The notes: generated by a model from the letters alone, not told the origin. A stretch of DNA of 64,000 nt from an uncultured Candidatus Binatia bacterium (GCA_965214605.1 OZ243961.1:256001-320000); one strand, 5' to 3'. Counted from the stretch's first letter, positions 45,704 to 56,465 are shown. Made by a program: numbers and translations.

Positions 45704-46965
45704 ATAGCCAAGCAGCTTTAAGCCGAGCCCTTGAGGGCTGCGTCGTGGTTGAGTGCGGCGATGAACGCGGAGAATTTGCCGGCCTCTTGCTCGCCTCGTT
45801 CGGTGCCGAGGTGATCAAGCTAGAAGGACGTCACGGCTCCAACTCGCGCCGCTTGGGCCCTTTTGCCTCCTCGTCGCCCGATCCGGAACACAGCCTGTGC
45901 TTCTGGCGCTACAACCTGGGCAAGAAGAGCGTCGATTGCGACCTTGAGCATCCAGCCGGCTATGACGTGCTGGAACGTGTGGTGCGGCATGCCGACATTG
46001 TCATTGATTCCGGCCAGGCTATTGATGTTGAGCGGCGTCTTGCCCTGTACCGTGACATCCAAGCGACAACCCCCCGCCTTATTATCTGCACAATCACACC
46101 CTTTGGGTTGAACGGTCCGTCCCGCGACCTCACAATGACCGATCTGACCCAGCTGGCAATGGGCGGAGTGATGGCCTCGTGCGGCTACGATCCAGGGCCG
46201 GACGGTCTCTACGATACCCCACCCATTGCGCCCGGTATGTGGCAGGCCTCCCACATCACCTGCGAACACGCGGTGCTCGTGCTGGCCGCCGCGCTCAACT
46301 GTCGTGAGCTGACGGATGAGGGCGATTGTATTGATGTCTCGATTCATGAAGCGGTGAGCACCTGTACCGAGGTTGCGCTGCCGTGCTATATCTACAATCA
46401 AGACGTTGTCCAGCGTCAGACCGGACGCCACGCCGCTACGGCCAAGACGCCGGCATGGCTGCGTCGGACCAAAGACGGCCGTTACGTGAAGGCCTTCCTC
46501 TTTTGGGGGAGCCGCGACGTGCGGGTCATTGCCGAGATGCTCGACGAGAGAGGGATTGAGCACGATCTGCAGTCGGACGCCTACCGCCGGCTGAGCGAAC
46601 GCTCTCCGGGCGAAGCGAACAAGCACCTCAGCGCCCAGGTTGATCGGCTCGTTGCCTCAATGACCGCTGAGGAGGTCTACCATAAGGCTCAGGCCAAAGG
46701 GTTGCTGTGGGCCAGCGTGCGCTACCCTGAGGAAAATCTTGACGACCCGCACTTCCAGGCACGGGGGACTTTTCAGGCTATCCATCAGCCGCAAATCGGT
46801 CGCGAACTGTATTTCCCCGTGTCTGTTGCGACCGACGGCCAGAACCGGCTGACCGGCTTCAAAAGCGGCGCTCCGTGTTTGGGCCAGCATACGCGAGAAG
46901 TCCTGTTAGGCATGGGATTCAGCGAGGCCGAGTTGGGCCGGCTCGCCGCCCAAGGGGTCATCTAG
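45700..46965 (+). CDS. Class III CoA-transferase family subunit
   Basis: GAEVIKLE, NLGKKSV, ITPFG, APCLGQHT. Overlaps the previous gene. Confidence 0.9.
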   Translation: MNSQAALSRALEGCVVVECGDERGEFAGLLLASFGAEVIKLEGRHGSNSRRLGPFASSSPDPEHSLCFWRYNLGKKSVDCDLEHPAGYDVLERVVRHADIVIDSGQAIDVERRLALYRDIQATTPRLIICTITPFGLNGPSRDLTMTDLTQLAMGGVMASCGYDPGPDGLYDTPPIAPGMWQASHITCEHAVLVLAAALNCRELTDEGDCIDVSIHEAVSTCTEVALPCYIYNQDVVQRQTGRHAATAKTPAWLRRTKDGRYVKAFLFWGSRDVRVIAEMLDERGIEHDLQSDAYRRLSERSPGEANKHLSAQVDRLVASMTAEEVYHKAQAKGLLWASVRYPEENLDDPHFQARGTFQAIHQPQIGRELYFPVSVATDGQNRLTGFKSGAPCLGQHTREVLLGMGFSEAELGRLAAQGVI

Positions 46966-47003
46966 GCGCGGGGGAGGCGAGCCCCGCACACGCGGCAGAA
47001 CCC

Positions 47004-47303
47004 ATGCGTTGCCAAAAAGCCCGGATTGTAGAGCCCGAAAGTTGGGATCTCATTCATCCCGACTCGCACGAATGGGTGCGACGGAACCTTGGCGCTGAGC
47101 TGTGGGTGGAGACGGGACCGCCACACAAGGCTATTCCTTCACTGCACGGCGGCGAGGTCAACAATTCGGTCAAAACACCCTATCTCTGGCTGGGACGAGT
47201 GCGTTACTGGATGTCGATGGATGTCCTTGAACTCTTGGCGGAGAGCGCCGAGGTGGCCGATCAACCTCTCTTGGACTGGATGGCCACCCAGCCGCGGGTC
47301 TAA
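47004..47303 (+). CDS. Hypothetical protein
   Basis: 99-aa ORF filling the gap between convergent genes. Protein-like composition, no motif recognised. Confidence 0.45.
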   Translation: MRCQKARIVEPESWDLIHPDSHEWVRRNLGAELWVETGPPHKAIPSLHGGEVNNSVKTPYLWLGRVRYWMSMDVLELLAESAEVADQPLLDWMATQPRV

Positions 47304-47337
47304 CCGCTGGTCTTTGTCCAGCCCTCTCCACGGCACC

Positions 47338-47802
47338 TCACTCCGGGCAGTGCTGCATCAGCTCCAAGGTCGTGCCGTCGGGGTCACGGAAATAGACCGC
47401 TTTGATTTTTCCGTAGCCCTCACCCTCTAGATCAAACATCTGCGGGGCCGAATAGAACTCTACCCCTTTAGCTCGTAAGTCTTCGTAGACCTGGTCGATA
47501 TCCTTGACCCAAAACGCGACTTCGGTGATCCCGGGGTTGGCCAGTCCGGGGTAGGGCTGACCGTCGTTTCCGGCCGGTTCAATGAAATGGAGGAGTTCAA
47601 TCGGCGGGCTGGTCGGATCGTCTTTGTAGCGCAGATACACGGCGCGCAGTGTGGCGTTTGGGACTTGGGTGACCGTGCTGGCCTCTTGGCCGTCGACAAC
47701 GACATCCCCAATCACCTTGAGGCCCAACGTATCACGATAAAACTCAACCGCCTTGTCCATATCTCTGACCGTAATACCAACATGTGCAACAGCTCCCAAC
47801 AT
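47338..47802 (-). CDS. VOC/glyoxalase family protein
   Basis: HVGITVRDMDKAVEFY, IELLHF, YFRDPDGTTLEL. Confidence 0.92.
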   Translation of the reverse strand: MLGAVAHVGITVRDMDKAVEFYRDTLGLKVIGDVVVDGQEASTVTQVPNATLRAVYLRYKDDPTSPPIELLHFIEPAGNDGQPYPGLANPGITEVAFWVKDIDQVYEDLRAKGVEFYSAPQMFDLEGEGYGKIKAVYFRDPDGTTLELMQHCPE

Positions 47803-47897
47803 GGCGTGCCCTCCTTAAGTGGCGTCGTGCCTGGCAGGGTAGCGCTAAGTCTGGGCTGGGTCTATAGCTCCGGAACAAATTTTGTGCGGGGCTGTTT

Positions 47898-49301
47898 CTA
47901 CTGTGACTGAAAGATAAAAATCCGTCCTGTGGCTACGTTATTGCCAATCGTCTGACCCGACGCGCCAATGGCAAATTCCGGGATGCCGTCACCGTGCAAA
48001 TCACCCGGAGAGGCGAGCGTGTAGCCAAACTTTGAGCCCTGGTGTGGGTTGGGGTTGTCAAAGGTAATCAGGTGGCGTCCGTCCCAGCCGTTAAACACAA
48101 AGACTGACCCCTGAATCTGAAATTCATCCACCGTTTGGTGCGGCGCACTGACCAAGATCTCTGCGGCTCCGTCCTCATTGATATCGGACGTCCAGGCCAC
48201 CCGATACCCAAAGCTGGCATAAGCGTTGTTCAGGCCTGGGTCGTGCAGAGAAAGCAAGAGTGAGCCATTCGTGCCGCTGAACACATAGGCCTCGCCCTGG
48301 GCGCGGTTCGACTGCACGTCCTTATATGGCGCGCCAACCAAGATGTCGGCGATCCCGTCTTTATTGATATCTCCCCCCGAGGCGATGTGCCAGCCAAAGA
48401 CCGACCCGGCTTGGGGTTCGGGCGCGTCAATGGTGTACAGCAAGCTCAGGTCTCGACCGCTTATGGCATGCACCCGCCCCAGTATCCTATGAGGATCAAC
48501 GTTGGTGTACGGCGCACCGATCAATATATCGGGCGTCCCATCGTTGTTTAAATCGTCCGCCCCGGCAACAGACCAGCCAAAGGTATCCCGGCCGGGTGGG
48601 GCCGGCGGGCTCAGGACCTGCACGAGGCTTCCATCCTGGCCGCTGAAGATGTAGGCTCGTCCCGATCCGCTTTGAGCAGGCGCACCGATGACGAAGTCCG
48701 CAATAGCGTCACCCGTGAGGTCACCCAGCACCGCGGTCGAAAAACCGAAAGCGGCTCCGGCATCCTGCTTGGGCGCTTGGACTGTGTAGAGGAGCTGCCC
48801 GTCTTTGGCGCTAAACACAAAGGCTTGGCCGCTCCCGACCTTCTTGATCTCTGGACCTTCGGTCACCGCACCCTGCTGGACATCAATCGTCAGCGACAGG
48901 GCACTGCCGGCCTCTCCCTGGCCGATGGCCCCCACCACTACGTCATCGATCCCATCGGCGTTGACGTCTCCGATACGGGCGACAGCAAAGCCGAAAGCCG
49001 AATCTGGCTGGGGAGACGGATTATCGATCGTGTACAGCAGCAGCCCGCTCCTCCCGCTATACACAAAGACCCGTCCTTGCCGATCATTGTTGTCCACCCG
49101 GTGTTGATAGGCGCCGATCACATAGTCCGGCGTTCCGTCGGCGTTGACATCGTCAGCAACGTCAAACGCAGAGGCAAAGCCGGTCAACGGGAGTTTGGCG
49201 GGATGGTCGATGTGCATGACACGCGGATCTGCCTGGACGGACGCGTACCATAAGAAAAGGATAAAGATTGGAGACGTCCAAACACAGGGGGACACTGACA
49301 C
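47898..49301 (-). CDS. Secreted FG-GAP / integrin-alpha beta-propeller repeat protein
   Basis: Seven repeats of FG...DxNxDGxxD...GAP and a hydrophobic N-terminal signal. Confidence 0.9.
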   Translation of the reverse strand: MSVSPCVWTSPIFILFLWYASVQADPRVMHIDHPAKLPLTGFASAFDVADDVNADGTPDYVIGAYQHRVDNNDRQGRVFVYSGRSGLLLYTIDNPSPQPDSAFGFAVARIGDVNADGIDDVVVGAIGQGEAGSALSLTIDVQQGAVTEGPEIKKVGSGQAFVFSAKDGQLLYTVQAPKQDAGAAFGFSTAVLGDLTGDAIADFVIGAPAQSGSGRAYIFSGQDGSLVQVLSPPAPPGRDTFGWSVAGADDLNNDGTPDILIGAPYTNVDPHRILGRVHAISGRDLSLLYTIDAPEPQAGSVFGWHIASGGDINKDGIADILVGAPYKDVQSNRAQGEAYVFSGTNGSLLLSLHDPGLNNAYASFGYRVAWTSDINEDGAAEILVSAPHQTVDEFQIQGSVFVFNGWDGRHLITFDNPNPHQGSKFGYTLASPGDLHGDGIPEFAIGASGQTIGNNVATGRIFIFQSQ

Positions 49302-49896
49302 AGCAGTCGCTCCTTTCGCTGAATGAGTGGATGAAGGGGCAAGGGATATCAGGTAAGCATCCCGACGGCAAGGGGAAGGGGGGGAGCGGAGCCGCCCCGG
49401 TCAAGTCATGCTCGAATCTGCCCCACCAAGGTTCTCCGTAATCGGTCCCGCCGCCGCGACTTGGCGCGCCCCCTTGGCCGGCGGAGACTCGATCACGGGG
49501 CAGGCAGCGGGGCTGAAATAACGGGCGGGCCGGACAGGCTGAGGCCGGTGCGGTGGAGGCGGCCGGCGTCCCTCGGGCCCATGGGTCAGCACAGCGCCGG
49601 AGGTGAGGCGCAGCGCAGCCGGTCAGGACGAAGGGGGGCGCCAAGCCCCGTCTGTTGGCCTGAGTGCCTGTGGCCAACAGCGTCCCGGTGGTGCGGAGCA
49701 GGGGTGGCGTGGGCGTCTTAAGGGCGGGCGGTCTCGGTTCACGCGGGACACCCCGCGTCCGACGCGGGAGCAGAAACCGCCCTGCGGTCACGTCCTCGTC
49801 CAAGACACAAGCGAAGTCTTCCCCGCCGTTCTGTACATTCCCGTTTGACTTTTGTAGAGCTGAACAACTTCAAAACAAGCAGGAGGACTATACGGT

Positions 49897-50673
49897 ATGG
49901 CGGAATATATTGATATTGAACAGGCAAAAACTGCGTCCGGCTTACGCCTTGTGCTGCCCCCGGGCCGTCCGAACCCGTGGGCTGAGGGGCTGAAGGGGAT
50001 GTGCTATGTGAAAAAAATTCCGTACCTCCGGGTGGCCAAAGCCCAGGGCCACGATTCTGCCCTGCAAGACTGGACGCATCAGGCCAGCGCACCGGTCGCG
50101 GTCTGGAACAACGAACGCCCCCGCAGTATCTGGAATGACCAGCTGTATTTGCTCGAGCGTCTGGCCCCGCACCCGTCGCTTATGCCCGACAATGTTGAGG
50201 ACCGTATTGTGATGTGTGGGCTGTGCAACGAGCTGTGCGGTGAGACCGGATTTGGCTGGTCACGCCGTCTGATGTTGCTCTCCAGTATCCTGGCGAATCC
50301 AAACGCCCCAGAGGCGGCTCGAACGTTTGCTGCCTATATGGGCGGCAAGTACGGCTACGGTCAGGCCGAGGCTGAGGCCGCCCCTCAGCGGGTGGCCCGG
50401 ATCCTGGAAACGCTCAGTGCCCGCTTAGCTCAGCAGCAGGCACGCGCCAGCCGATTTCTGATCGGCGACACCCTCTCGGCCGTAGATATCTATTGGGCGA
50501 CCTTTGCCGTGCTTGTCCAGCCGTTGCCGGTCGAGTTGTGTCCCATTGACGAGCAGCTCCGGGCGTCGTTTGTGAACACCGATCCCGTGGTTGCCGCCGC
50601 CCTGTCTCCTCAACTGTTGGAGCACCGCGATCGGATCTACCACGACTATCTCGAACTGCCGATGGATCTGTAG
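49897..50673 (+). CDS. Glutathione S-transferase-like protein
   Basis: PNPWAEGLK, ASAPVAVWNNE, FLIGDTLSAVDIYW. GGAGGA RBS. Confidence 0.8.
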   Translation: MAEYIDIEQAKTASGLRLVLPPGRPNPWAEGLKGMCYVKKIPYLRVAKAQGHDSALQDWTHQASAPVAVWNNERPRSIWNDQLYLLERLAPHPSLMPDNVEDRIVMCGLCNELCGETGFGWSRRLMLLSSILANPNAPEAARTFAAYMGGKYGYGQAEAEAAPQRVARILETLSARLAQQQARASRFLIGDTLSAVDIYWATFAVLVQPLPVELCPIDEQLRASFVNTDPVVAAALSPQLLEHRDRIYHDYLELPMDL

Positions 50674-50719
50674 TCTTGTCGCCGGCCCCTTGCCTCTCAG
50701 GCCTGCGTTGGGGCGGGCT

Positions 50720-50760
50720 CTGTGGGGTCGAGGCGCTGTGGGGTCGAGGCGCTGCGGGTC
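50720..50760 (+). repeat. 16-bp tandem duplication
   Basis: CTGTGGGGTCGAGGCG twice, plus a partial third copy. Confidence 0.8.
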
Positions 50761-51110
50761 CGGGAAATCCCACGCTTGGGCGCTGACGGTGTCAAGATCC
50801 ATCTCGACCCGCACCCAGCTTGGAGTGTCCAGGCTTGAGACGTGGATGACGAGGAGGTCTCTGGAGAGGCCGAGTGCTTGAGCATCAACCGCGAGCTCAT
50901 GGTCTGGCCGCGGTCGGCCCCTTTCTCGTGGTAGGTGGGAGCGGCCTTGGTCAGACTGGCCGCCTTGGCCGACACAACGAGATTGGCGGCAAAGGCGCTG
51001 CCGTTCGCCTGCTGGCAATCGCGGCAGTGACAGGGGGCGCCCATGGATCGGCTCAGCCGAGCAGTCCTAGCGAATAGCTCCACACCGGCAGCCACCAGAG
51101 AAGCGGGGTG
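50760..51110 (-). pseudogene. GFA/CENP-V family remnant
   Basis: CHCRDCQQANGSAF motif. Downstream part is frameshifted (SLDTPSWVR...SAQAWD). Confidence 0.7.
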
Positions 51111-51237
51111 GCACAGATGCTCTTGGCATCCCTTCCCCAGAATGCCACACGCGCCATGCCGACTCGCTCGCTCGGGCGCATTGCGATGACGAGCAATACC
51201 TGTAAGACTGGCACCGATCTGTGATAAGGAGACGTCC

Positions 51238-52095
51238 ATGAGCTATGAACAAATTGTGTATGAGGTGCACGACCGGATTGCAACGCTGACGCTCAACCGA
51301 CCGGATCGCTTAAACGCCTGGACTCCGGTCATGGAGCGTGAGGTCCGTGAGGCCATGAGCACGGCAACGGTCGATGAGGCGGTGCGGGTGATCATTCTGA
51401 CCGGAGCGGGACGCGGGTTCTGTTCGGGGGCGGATATGTCAGGGCTCAGTCAGGCGAGCCAAAGTCCCCCGCAGGACGCGACACCGGGCGACCGGCAGGC
51501 CGCAATGCGCGCTGAAGCGTATGCCGCCGGTCCGATCAAAGGGGGCCTCGACCTGCCCCAGGCCTTCTCGTACCGCCACGCCTATTTTCCGACCGTCCCC
51601 AAGCCGGTTATTGCCGCGCTCAACGGCCCGACCGCCGGGATTGGGCTGATTGTGGCTCTGTACGCCGATATCCGTTTTGCCTCCCAGGCCGCCGTCTTTA
51701 CCACCGCCTTTGCCCGCCGGGGATTGGTGGCCGAACACGGCATTGACTGGCTGTTGCCCCGCATCGTTGGTCTGCCGAACGCGCTGGATCTGCTCTTATC
51801 GGCCCGAAAAATCAGTGCCGAAGAAGCCCTGCAGATGGGGCTGGTCAACAAAGTTTTCGCCCGCGAATCGTTCATGGAAGAGGTCCGGGCCTATGCGCTC
51901 GAACTTGCCCTGATGGTTTCTCCTCGCTCTATGCGGACCATGAAACAGCAGATCTTCCGGGCCCAGAGCCTGGATTTTGGCCAGGCCCTGTACGCGTCTA
52001 TTCCAGATGTGGTGGACAGTGTGGGCAGCGAAGACTTCAGAGAAGGGGTGGCGCATTTTGTGGAGAAGCGCGCGCCACGCTTCTCCGGCCGCTGA
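51238..52095 (+). CDS. Enoyl-CoA hydratase/isomerase family protein
   Basis: TLNRPDRLNA, GRGFCSGAD, PKPVIAALNG, DFREGV. Confidence 0.94.
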   Translation: MSYEQIVYEVHDRIATLTLNRPDRLNAWTPVMEREVREAMSTATVDEAVRVIILTGAGRGFCSGADMSGLSQASQSPPQDATPGDRQAAMRAEAYAAGPIKGGLDLPQAFSYRHAYFPTVPKPVIAALNGPTAGIGLIVALYADIRFASQAAVFTTAFARRGLVAEHGIDWLLPRIVGLPNALDLLLSARKISAEEALQMGLVNKVFARESFMEEVRAYALELALMVSPRSMRTMKQQIFRAQSLDFGQALYASIPDVVDSVGSEDFREGVAHFVEKRAPRFSGR

Positions 52096-52097
52096 TG

Positions 52098-52313
52098 CTA
52101 CCAATCGTCGTCCTCGTTGCCAACAAGACTGTGGAGGCGGACGACCAGAGGTTCAGCCTCCTCATCCAGCGGGCTGACCGTGAGCTGCTCAAGCGGCAGT
52201 TCATAGCCGCCCGCCGGACACGACAAATAGACACTCAGCTCGCCATGCTGGTCGTAGATCTCCTGCAGATTCTGCAGCAGCTGGGAAATTGTGATGGATT
52301 TCTGCGTGTTCAT
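52098..52313 (-). CDS. Small acidic hypothetical protein
   Basis: 71-aa ORF that fits the gap between flanking genes. Protein-like. Confidence 0.5.
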   Translation of the reverse strand: MNTQKSITISQLLQNLQEIYDQHGELSVYLSCPAGGYELPLEQLTVSPLDEEAEPLVVRLHSLVGNEDDDW

Positions 52314-52368
52314 GCTCTCATGCTAGCATGCCGCGCGGCAGAGGAGAGACCGCCGGAAAGGCCGGAGT

Positions 52369-54435
52369 ATGCGAGTGGGTTTTGATATTGGCGGGACATT
52401 CACGGATGTGATGATTCTCGGGGATGATGGGCAGCTGACAACCACAAAGGTCTTGTCGCTACTCGACCGGGTTGGCGAGGATATGGGGGACCTGATTCAG
52501 AGGACAAGAGCGTCCGGCCAGGCCGACAGTCGGGTCGAGAGTTTCGTGCATGGCACGACGATTGCCTCCAACGCGGTCATTGAAAATACGACGGCAACAA
52601 CGGGACTGATCACGACCCGGGGGTTTCGTGATGAACTCGAAATGCGCGGCCAGCGCCGTCCCAACATCTATGACGCCTCGTGGGACCGCCTGCCCCCCCT
52701 GATTCCCCGCTCTCTCCGTCTTGAAGTCCGGGAGCGTATCCTGGGCAGTGGGGAAGTCGAGCAGCCGCTTGAGCTCGCCGACGCCCGCCACCGTATTCAA
52801 CGGCTCCTCAATGAGCGGGTTGAGGCCATTGCGGTATGTTTGCTCAACGCCTACCTGAACCCTGAGCATGAACAACAGCTCGGTCGACTCATTGCAGAAA
52901 TGGCCCCCGATACCGTCGTGTGCCTCTCGTCCGACGTCCATCCCGAGATCCGTGAGTATGAGCGGATGAGCACGACGGTCATTAATGCCTCGCTCATCCC
53001 TGTGGTCGATCGGTATCTCAACCGACTCGAACAGCATCTGGCGCTCTATAGTGAGCGGTTGCTGATTATGCAGTCCAACGGCGGCATTATGACCTCCCAC
53101 GCCGCTCGTCGCCGGCCGGCCTATATGATTGAGTCCGGCCCGGCGGCTGGCGTGCTGGCCGCGGCCCGCCTGGTATCGGAAACCCACCACAATGCCGTGC
53201 TGTCTTTTGATATGGGCGGGACAACGGCGAAGGCATGTCTGATTGAAAACGGGGTGCCACTGGAAAAGGCTGGCGGTGAAGTCGGGGGTGGGGTCACGAT
53301 GACAACGCGCCTGTTTGGCGGGGGCGGGCACGCCTTGCGCGCGCCTTCCCTTGATATTGTGGAAGTCGGGGCTGGTGGGGGCAGCGTGGCCTGGATTGAC
53401 GACGGTGGCGTCCTGCGGGTCGGACCACACAGCGCTGGGGCCGAGCCAGGGCCGGTGTGCTATGGTCGGGGAGGTCGACAGCCAACGGTGACCGACGCCA
53501 ATGTCGTCCTGGGCTATATGAACCCCGAGGCGATAGCCGGCGCGACCCTCAAGATTGATCGACCGGCCGCCCTGACCGCGATCCAGGTCCAGATTGCCGA
53601 TCCGCTCCAGCTCGAAGTGTTGCCGGCGGCCTACGGCATCACCCAGGTCGCGAACTCTACTATGATGCGCGCTCTGCGGGCAGTCTCAACCGAACGTGGT
53701 CGCGACCCGCGCGAGTTTGCGCTGATCGCGTTTGGTGGCGCCGGTCCGATTCATGCGGTGGCTCTGGCCGAGAGTCTCGGTATGACTCGGGTCCTGGTTC
53801 CGCCATACCCCGGCCTGTTCAGCGCCCTCGGCCTCCTGCTGGCTGACTATCGGCACGACTATGTGCGGAGCGTCGCCCTCGCCCTTGAGCGGATTGAGCC
53901 GCAGGCGATTCTTGAGCAGTTCGCCGAGATGGAAGCCGTGGCCCGGGAGGAACTGCGGGCAGAGGGGATTGGCGTTGAGGCTGTCCGCTTTGAGCGCAGC
54001 GTTGACCTGCGCTACAGCTATCAGGTCTCGGAGCTGACCCAGCCGTTTCCGTCGGGTGCGCTCGACGAGTTGCCGGTCGAGTTGGCCCGGCTGTTCACCC
54101 AGGCTCATCTCCGGGCTTTCGGCTATGAGCGGGACGACACCATTGAGCTGGTCAGCCTACGTCTGCGAGCGCTGGCTTTGGCCGGAAACGTCCGTTTCTC
54201 CGATCTGTTGGGGCGGCCCACCTCGGCCGACCATACTCAAGCTCCCACCCGCCAGGCGTATTTTGGCCCCAAGTACGGTGTGCAGGACGCGATGATTCGC
54301 CAGCGCGCGGATATGCGCACCGCCCAACCTGGACCATTGATCATTGAGGAGCCTGACACGACTGTGGTGGTCCCTCCGGAGTGGTCGGCGAGCCGTGACG
54401 GGCTGGACAATCTGGTTCTGGAGAGGCAGGGCTGA
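52369..54435 (+). CDS. Hydantoinase/5-oxoprolinase subunit A family protein
   Basis: DIGGTFTD, HGTT, ESGPAAG, DMGGTT, GAGGGS, PTVTDAN. Confidence 0.94.
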   Translation: MRVGFDIGGTFTDVMILGDDGQLTTTKVLSLLDRVGEDMGDLIQRTRASGQADSRVESFVHGTTIASNAVIENTTATTGLITTRGFRDELEMRGQRRPNIYDASWDRLPPLIPRSLRLEVRERILGSGEVEQPLELADARHRIQRLLNERVEAIAVCLLNAYLNPEHEQQLGRLIAEMAPDTVVCLSSDVHPEIREYERMSTTVINASLIPVVDRYLNRLEQHLALYSERLLIMQSNGGIMTSHAARRRPAYMIESGPAAGVLAAARLVSETHHNAVLSFDMGGTTAKACLIENGVPLEKAGGEVGGGVTMTTRLFGGGGHALRAPSLDIVEVGAGGGSVAWIDDGGVLRVGPHSAGAEPGPVCYGRGGRQPTVTDANVVLGYMNPEAIAGATLKIDRPAALTAIQVQIADPLQLEVLPAAYGITQVANSTMMRALRAVSTERGRDPREFALIAFGGAGPIHAVALAESLGMTRVLVPPYPGLFSALGLLLADYRHDYVRSVALALERIEPQAILEQFAEMEAVAREELRAEGIGVEAVRFERSVDLRYSYQVSELTQPFPSGALDELPVELARLFTQAHLRAFGYERDDTIELVSLRLRALALAGNVRFSDLLGRPTSADHTQAPTRQAYFGPKYGVQDAMIRQRADMRTAQPGPLIIEEPDTTVVVPPEWSASRDGLDNLVLERQG

Positions 54436-55502
54436 GCCCGCTCTGGTGGCAGGGGGGGGGCAGCGGCAGGGATGACGGCTCAGCCCTGTCCGACCCTCTA
54501 GACACCTGCGTCAATCTCGGTCCCCCTCAGCAGAGCCCCCCGTGCGCAGCCGCCACCTCCGCTCACCCTGCTCCTCGTCTCAGGCCTGCCGCGGCCTGTT
54601 GTGGGAGGGGGGCGTGCTCGCCCCGCACGATTGCCGTCCATGCACAGGGGATCAGCGTGAAGCGGCACCGACGGGCCATCTCTTCGTTGGGCGGTTGATG
54701 TCTCCGTGTAGGGCCTAGGTCCCGCCCCCCTTTCAGCCGGGTCAAGCGTTCGGCTCTCTCCTCAGCGCTCAAGGTCGGCACCGGGCTAGGCAGGATGCCG
54801 TGATACCGCAGAGACTTCTCTATACCAAGCGGTTCGGACGCCCGGCACAGCCGCTCTCCTAGACCGCCGCATAGCTCGACAGGTCCTCAGTCTGACAAAC
54901 TCTCTGAGTCCCTCACCCGTCCTCATCCCCCTCTCTCCCACTTTGGTCTGATTCGGAGCCAAGCCTGTCGGCTGTCGTGAGGGCGGGTGCTCAAAATCTT
55001 CTACGGACTATGACACGCCGTGATCGTCCTTGCGTGTGGTTGTAAGACAACGAAGTCCTCCTCACTTCCGGTCTCTGAGTCTCTCTCGGGACAGATCTCG
55101 TGTCGTCCGTTGACCCTGTGCTTGCCGGTGGCCCTGCTCGATCTTTTCCCCTTCCTTGCGTGCCGTTCATGGAAGCCGGGGGGCGTCTCTCTCTTCTTCA
55201 TCGCGACTCTGCTCAAGGTGGAGCCGGCGCTGTGGTGGGACCGGCAGACGAGGATTGGCCTGTTTGTCCGTGCGGTCCGTCGCCCGCAAGACGCCCTGAG
55301 CGCTCACTGCCGGTACGCCGCTCCTCTGCGGGAGACCTCCGGGCCACCACCCCCCCTGAAGTCGCCGACGCACCGAGAGCGCTACACCTCTTGGAAGCGG
55401 TCTGGTTCTTCCCGGTGTCATTTTTGCCCTTGTTGTTTGTCCCTAAAAGTGATACGGAGCTTGAATCCACAACCACACCCTACACACAAGGAGGAGTTGG
55501 CC

Positions 55503-55880
55503 ATGATTAAACTCAAATCTGTCCGCCATGCCGGCGTGCCGATCACCGATCTGAGAAAAGCGAAATCGTTCTATAAGATGCTCGGTTTTGAAGAAATTGA
55601 GCGTCCTAAAATCAAAGGCATCCCCGGCGCCTGGTACGAATGCGACGGCACTCAGGTTCATCTCATCGGTCAGCGCAACGCCATGGCGGCCAAAAATCTC
55701 CCCGGTGTGGGTTCGCACCTCGCTCTCCAGGTTGAAGATCTTGACGAAGCCAAGAAAATCTTGAAGAGAAGGAAGATTGAATTTGCCGAGTTTACCCCAC
55801 CGCCCAGTATTGGTGGTGGCCCGGTCCTGTTTCTTAAAGACCCGGACGGCAACGCGGTCGAGCTGCGGACCGATCCGTAA
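55503..55880 (+). CDS. VOC/glyoxalase family protein
   Basis: HAGVPITDLRKAKSFY, VHLI, HLAL, KDPDGNAVEL. AGGAGG RBS. Confidence 0.9.
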   Translation: MIKLKSVRHAGVPITDLRKAKSFYKMLGFEEIERPKIKGIPGAWYECDGTQVHLIGQRNAMAAKNLPGVGSHLALQVEDLDEAKKILKRRKIEFAEFTPPPSIGGGPVLFLKDPDGNAVELRTDP

Positions 55881-55988
55881 GCTTCGGTCCTATCACGGGT
55901 CCGAAAAAGGCGCCCTAGAGGGAGCCGTGCCGCGCGTGAAGAGCTCCCTTCTTGAGTCTTTTCTCGTGCGCGTGCCAAGGAGACTGTC

Positions 55989-56465
55989 ATGCGGATTGAA
56001 ATTCATCCCAAGCCCGATGGTATGCAACACATCAATCTCATGTTCTGCAAGGACAGCCCCGACCCGGAAGACCTCTGGATCGCTGACCGTCTTCGGGCGT
56101 TTCCGGTCCCGCCCAAACGGACGCTAGAGTGGGAGCGGGAAGGGCGGTCGTATACGGTCTTGCAGTTTGGACAGTGCGTGATTGGCCATGCCATGTTCGA
56201 TATTGAAAAACATAAAGGTATTGTTGACCAGCTCCGCCGGGTGTGCAGCCAGGAGATTGACCGGCTGACAGCCCACAAGATGGACAAGACGGGCGTCCTG
56301 CGGCTCATTTCCGAGACAGCGCTCGCCTTTCACCGTCAGGCGAAGTTTGGCATCCGCAGCAACGGAGAGATCGGTATCACCCTTGATGCCGACGAGGCCC
56401 GCGAACGCCTCCGCCAAGCCCTGCGGGAAGAAGCGCGCGGCGAGCGAGCCATCGAACCTGAATAA
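55989..56465 (+). CDS. Hypothetical protein
   Basis: 158-aa ORF, co-directional with neighbours, plausible RBS. Confidence 0.65.
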   Translation: MRIEIHPKPDGMQHINLMFCKDSPDPEDLWIADRLRAFPVPPKRTLEWEREGRSYTVLQFGQCVIGHAMFDIEKHKGIVDQLRRVCSQEIDRLTAHKMDKTGVLRLISETALAFHRQAKFGIRSNGEIGITLDADEARERLRQALREEARGERAIEPE

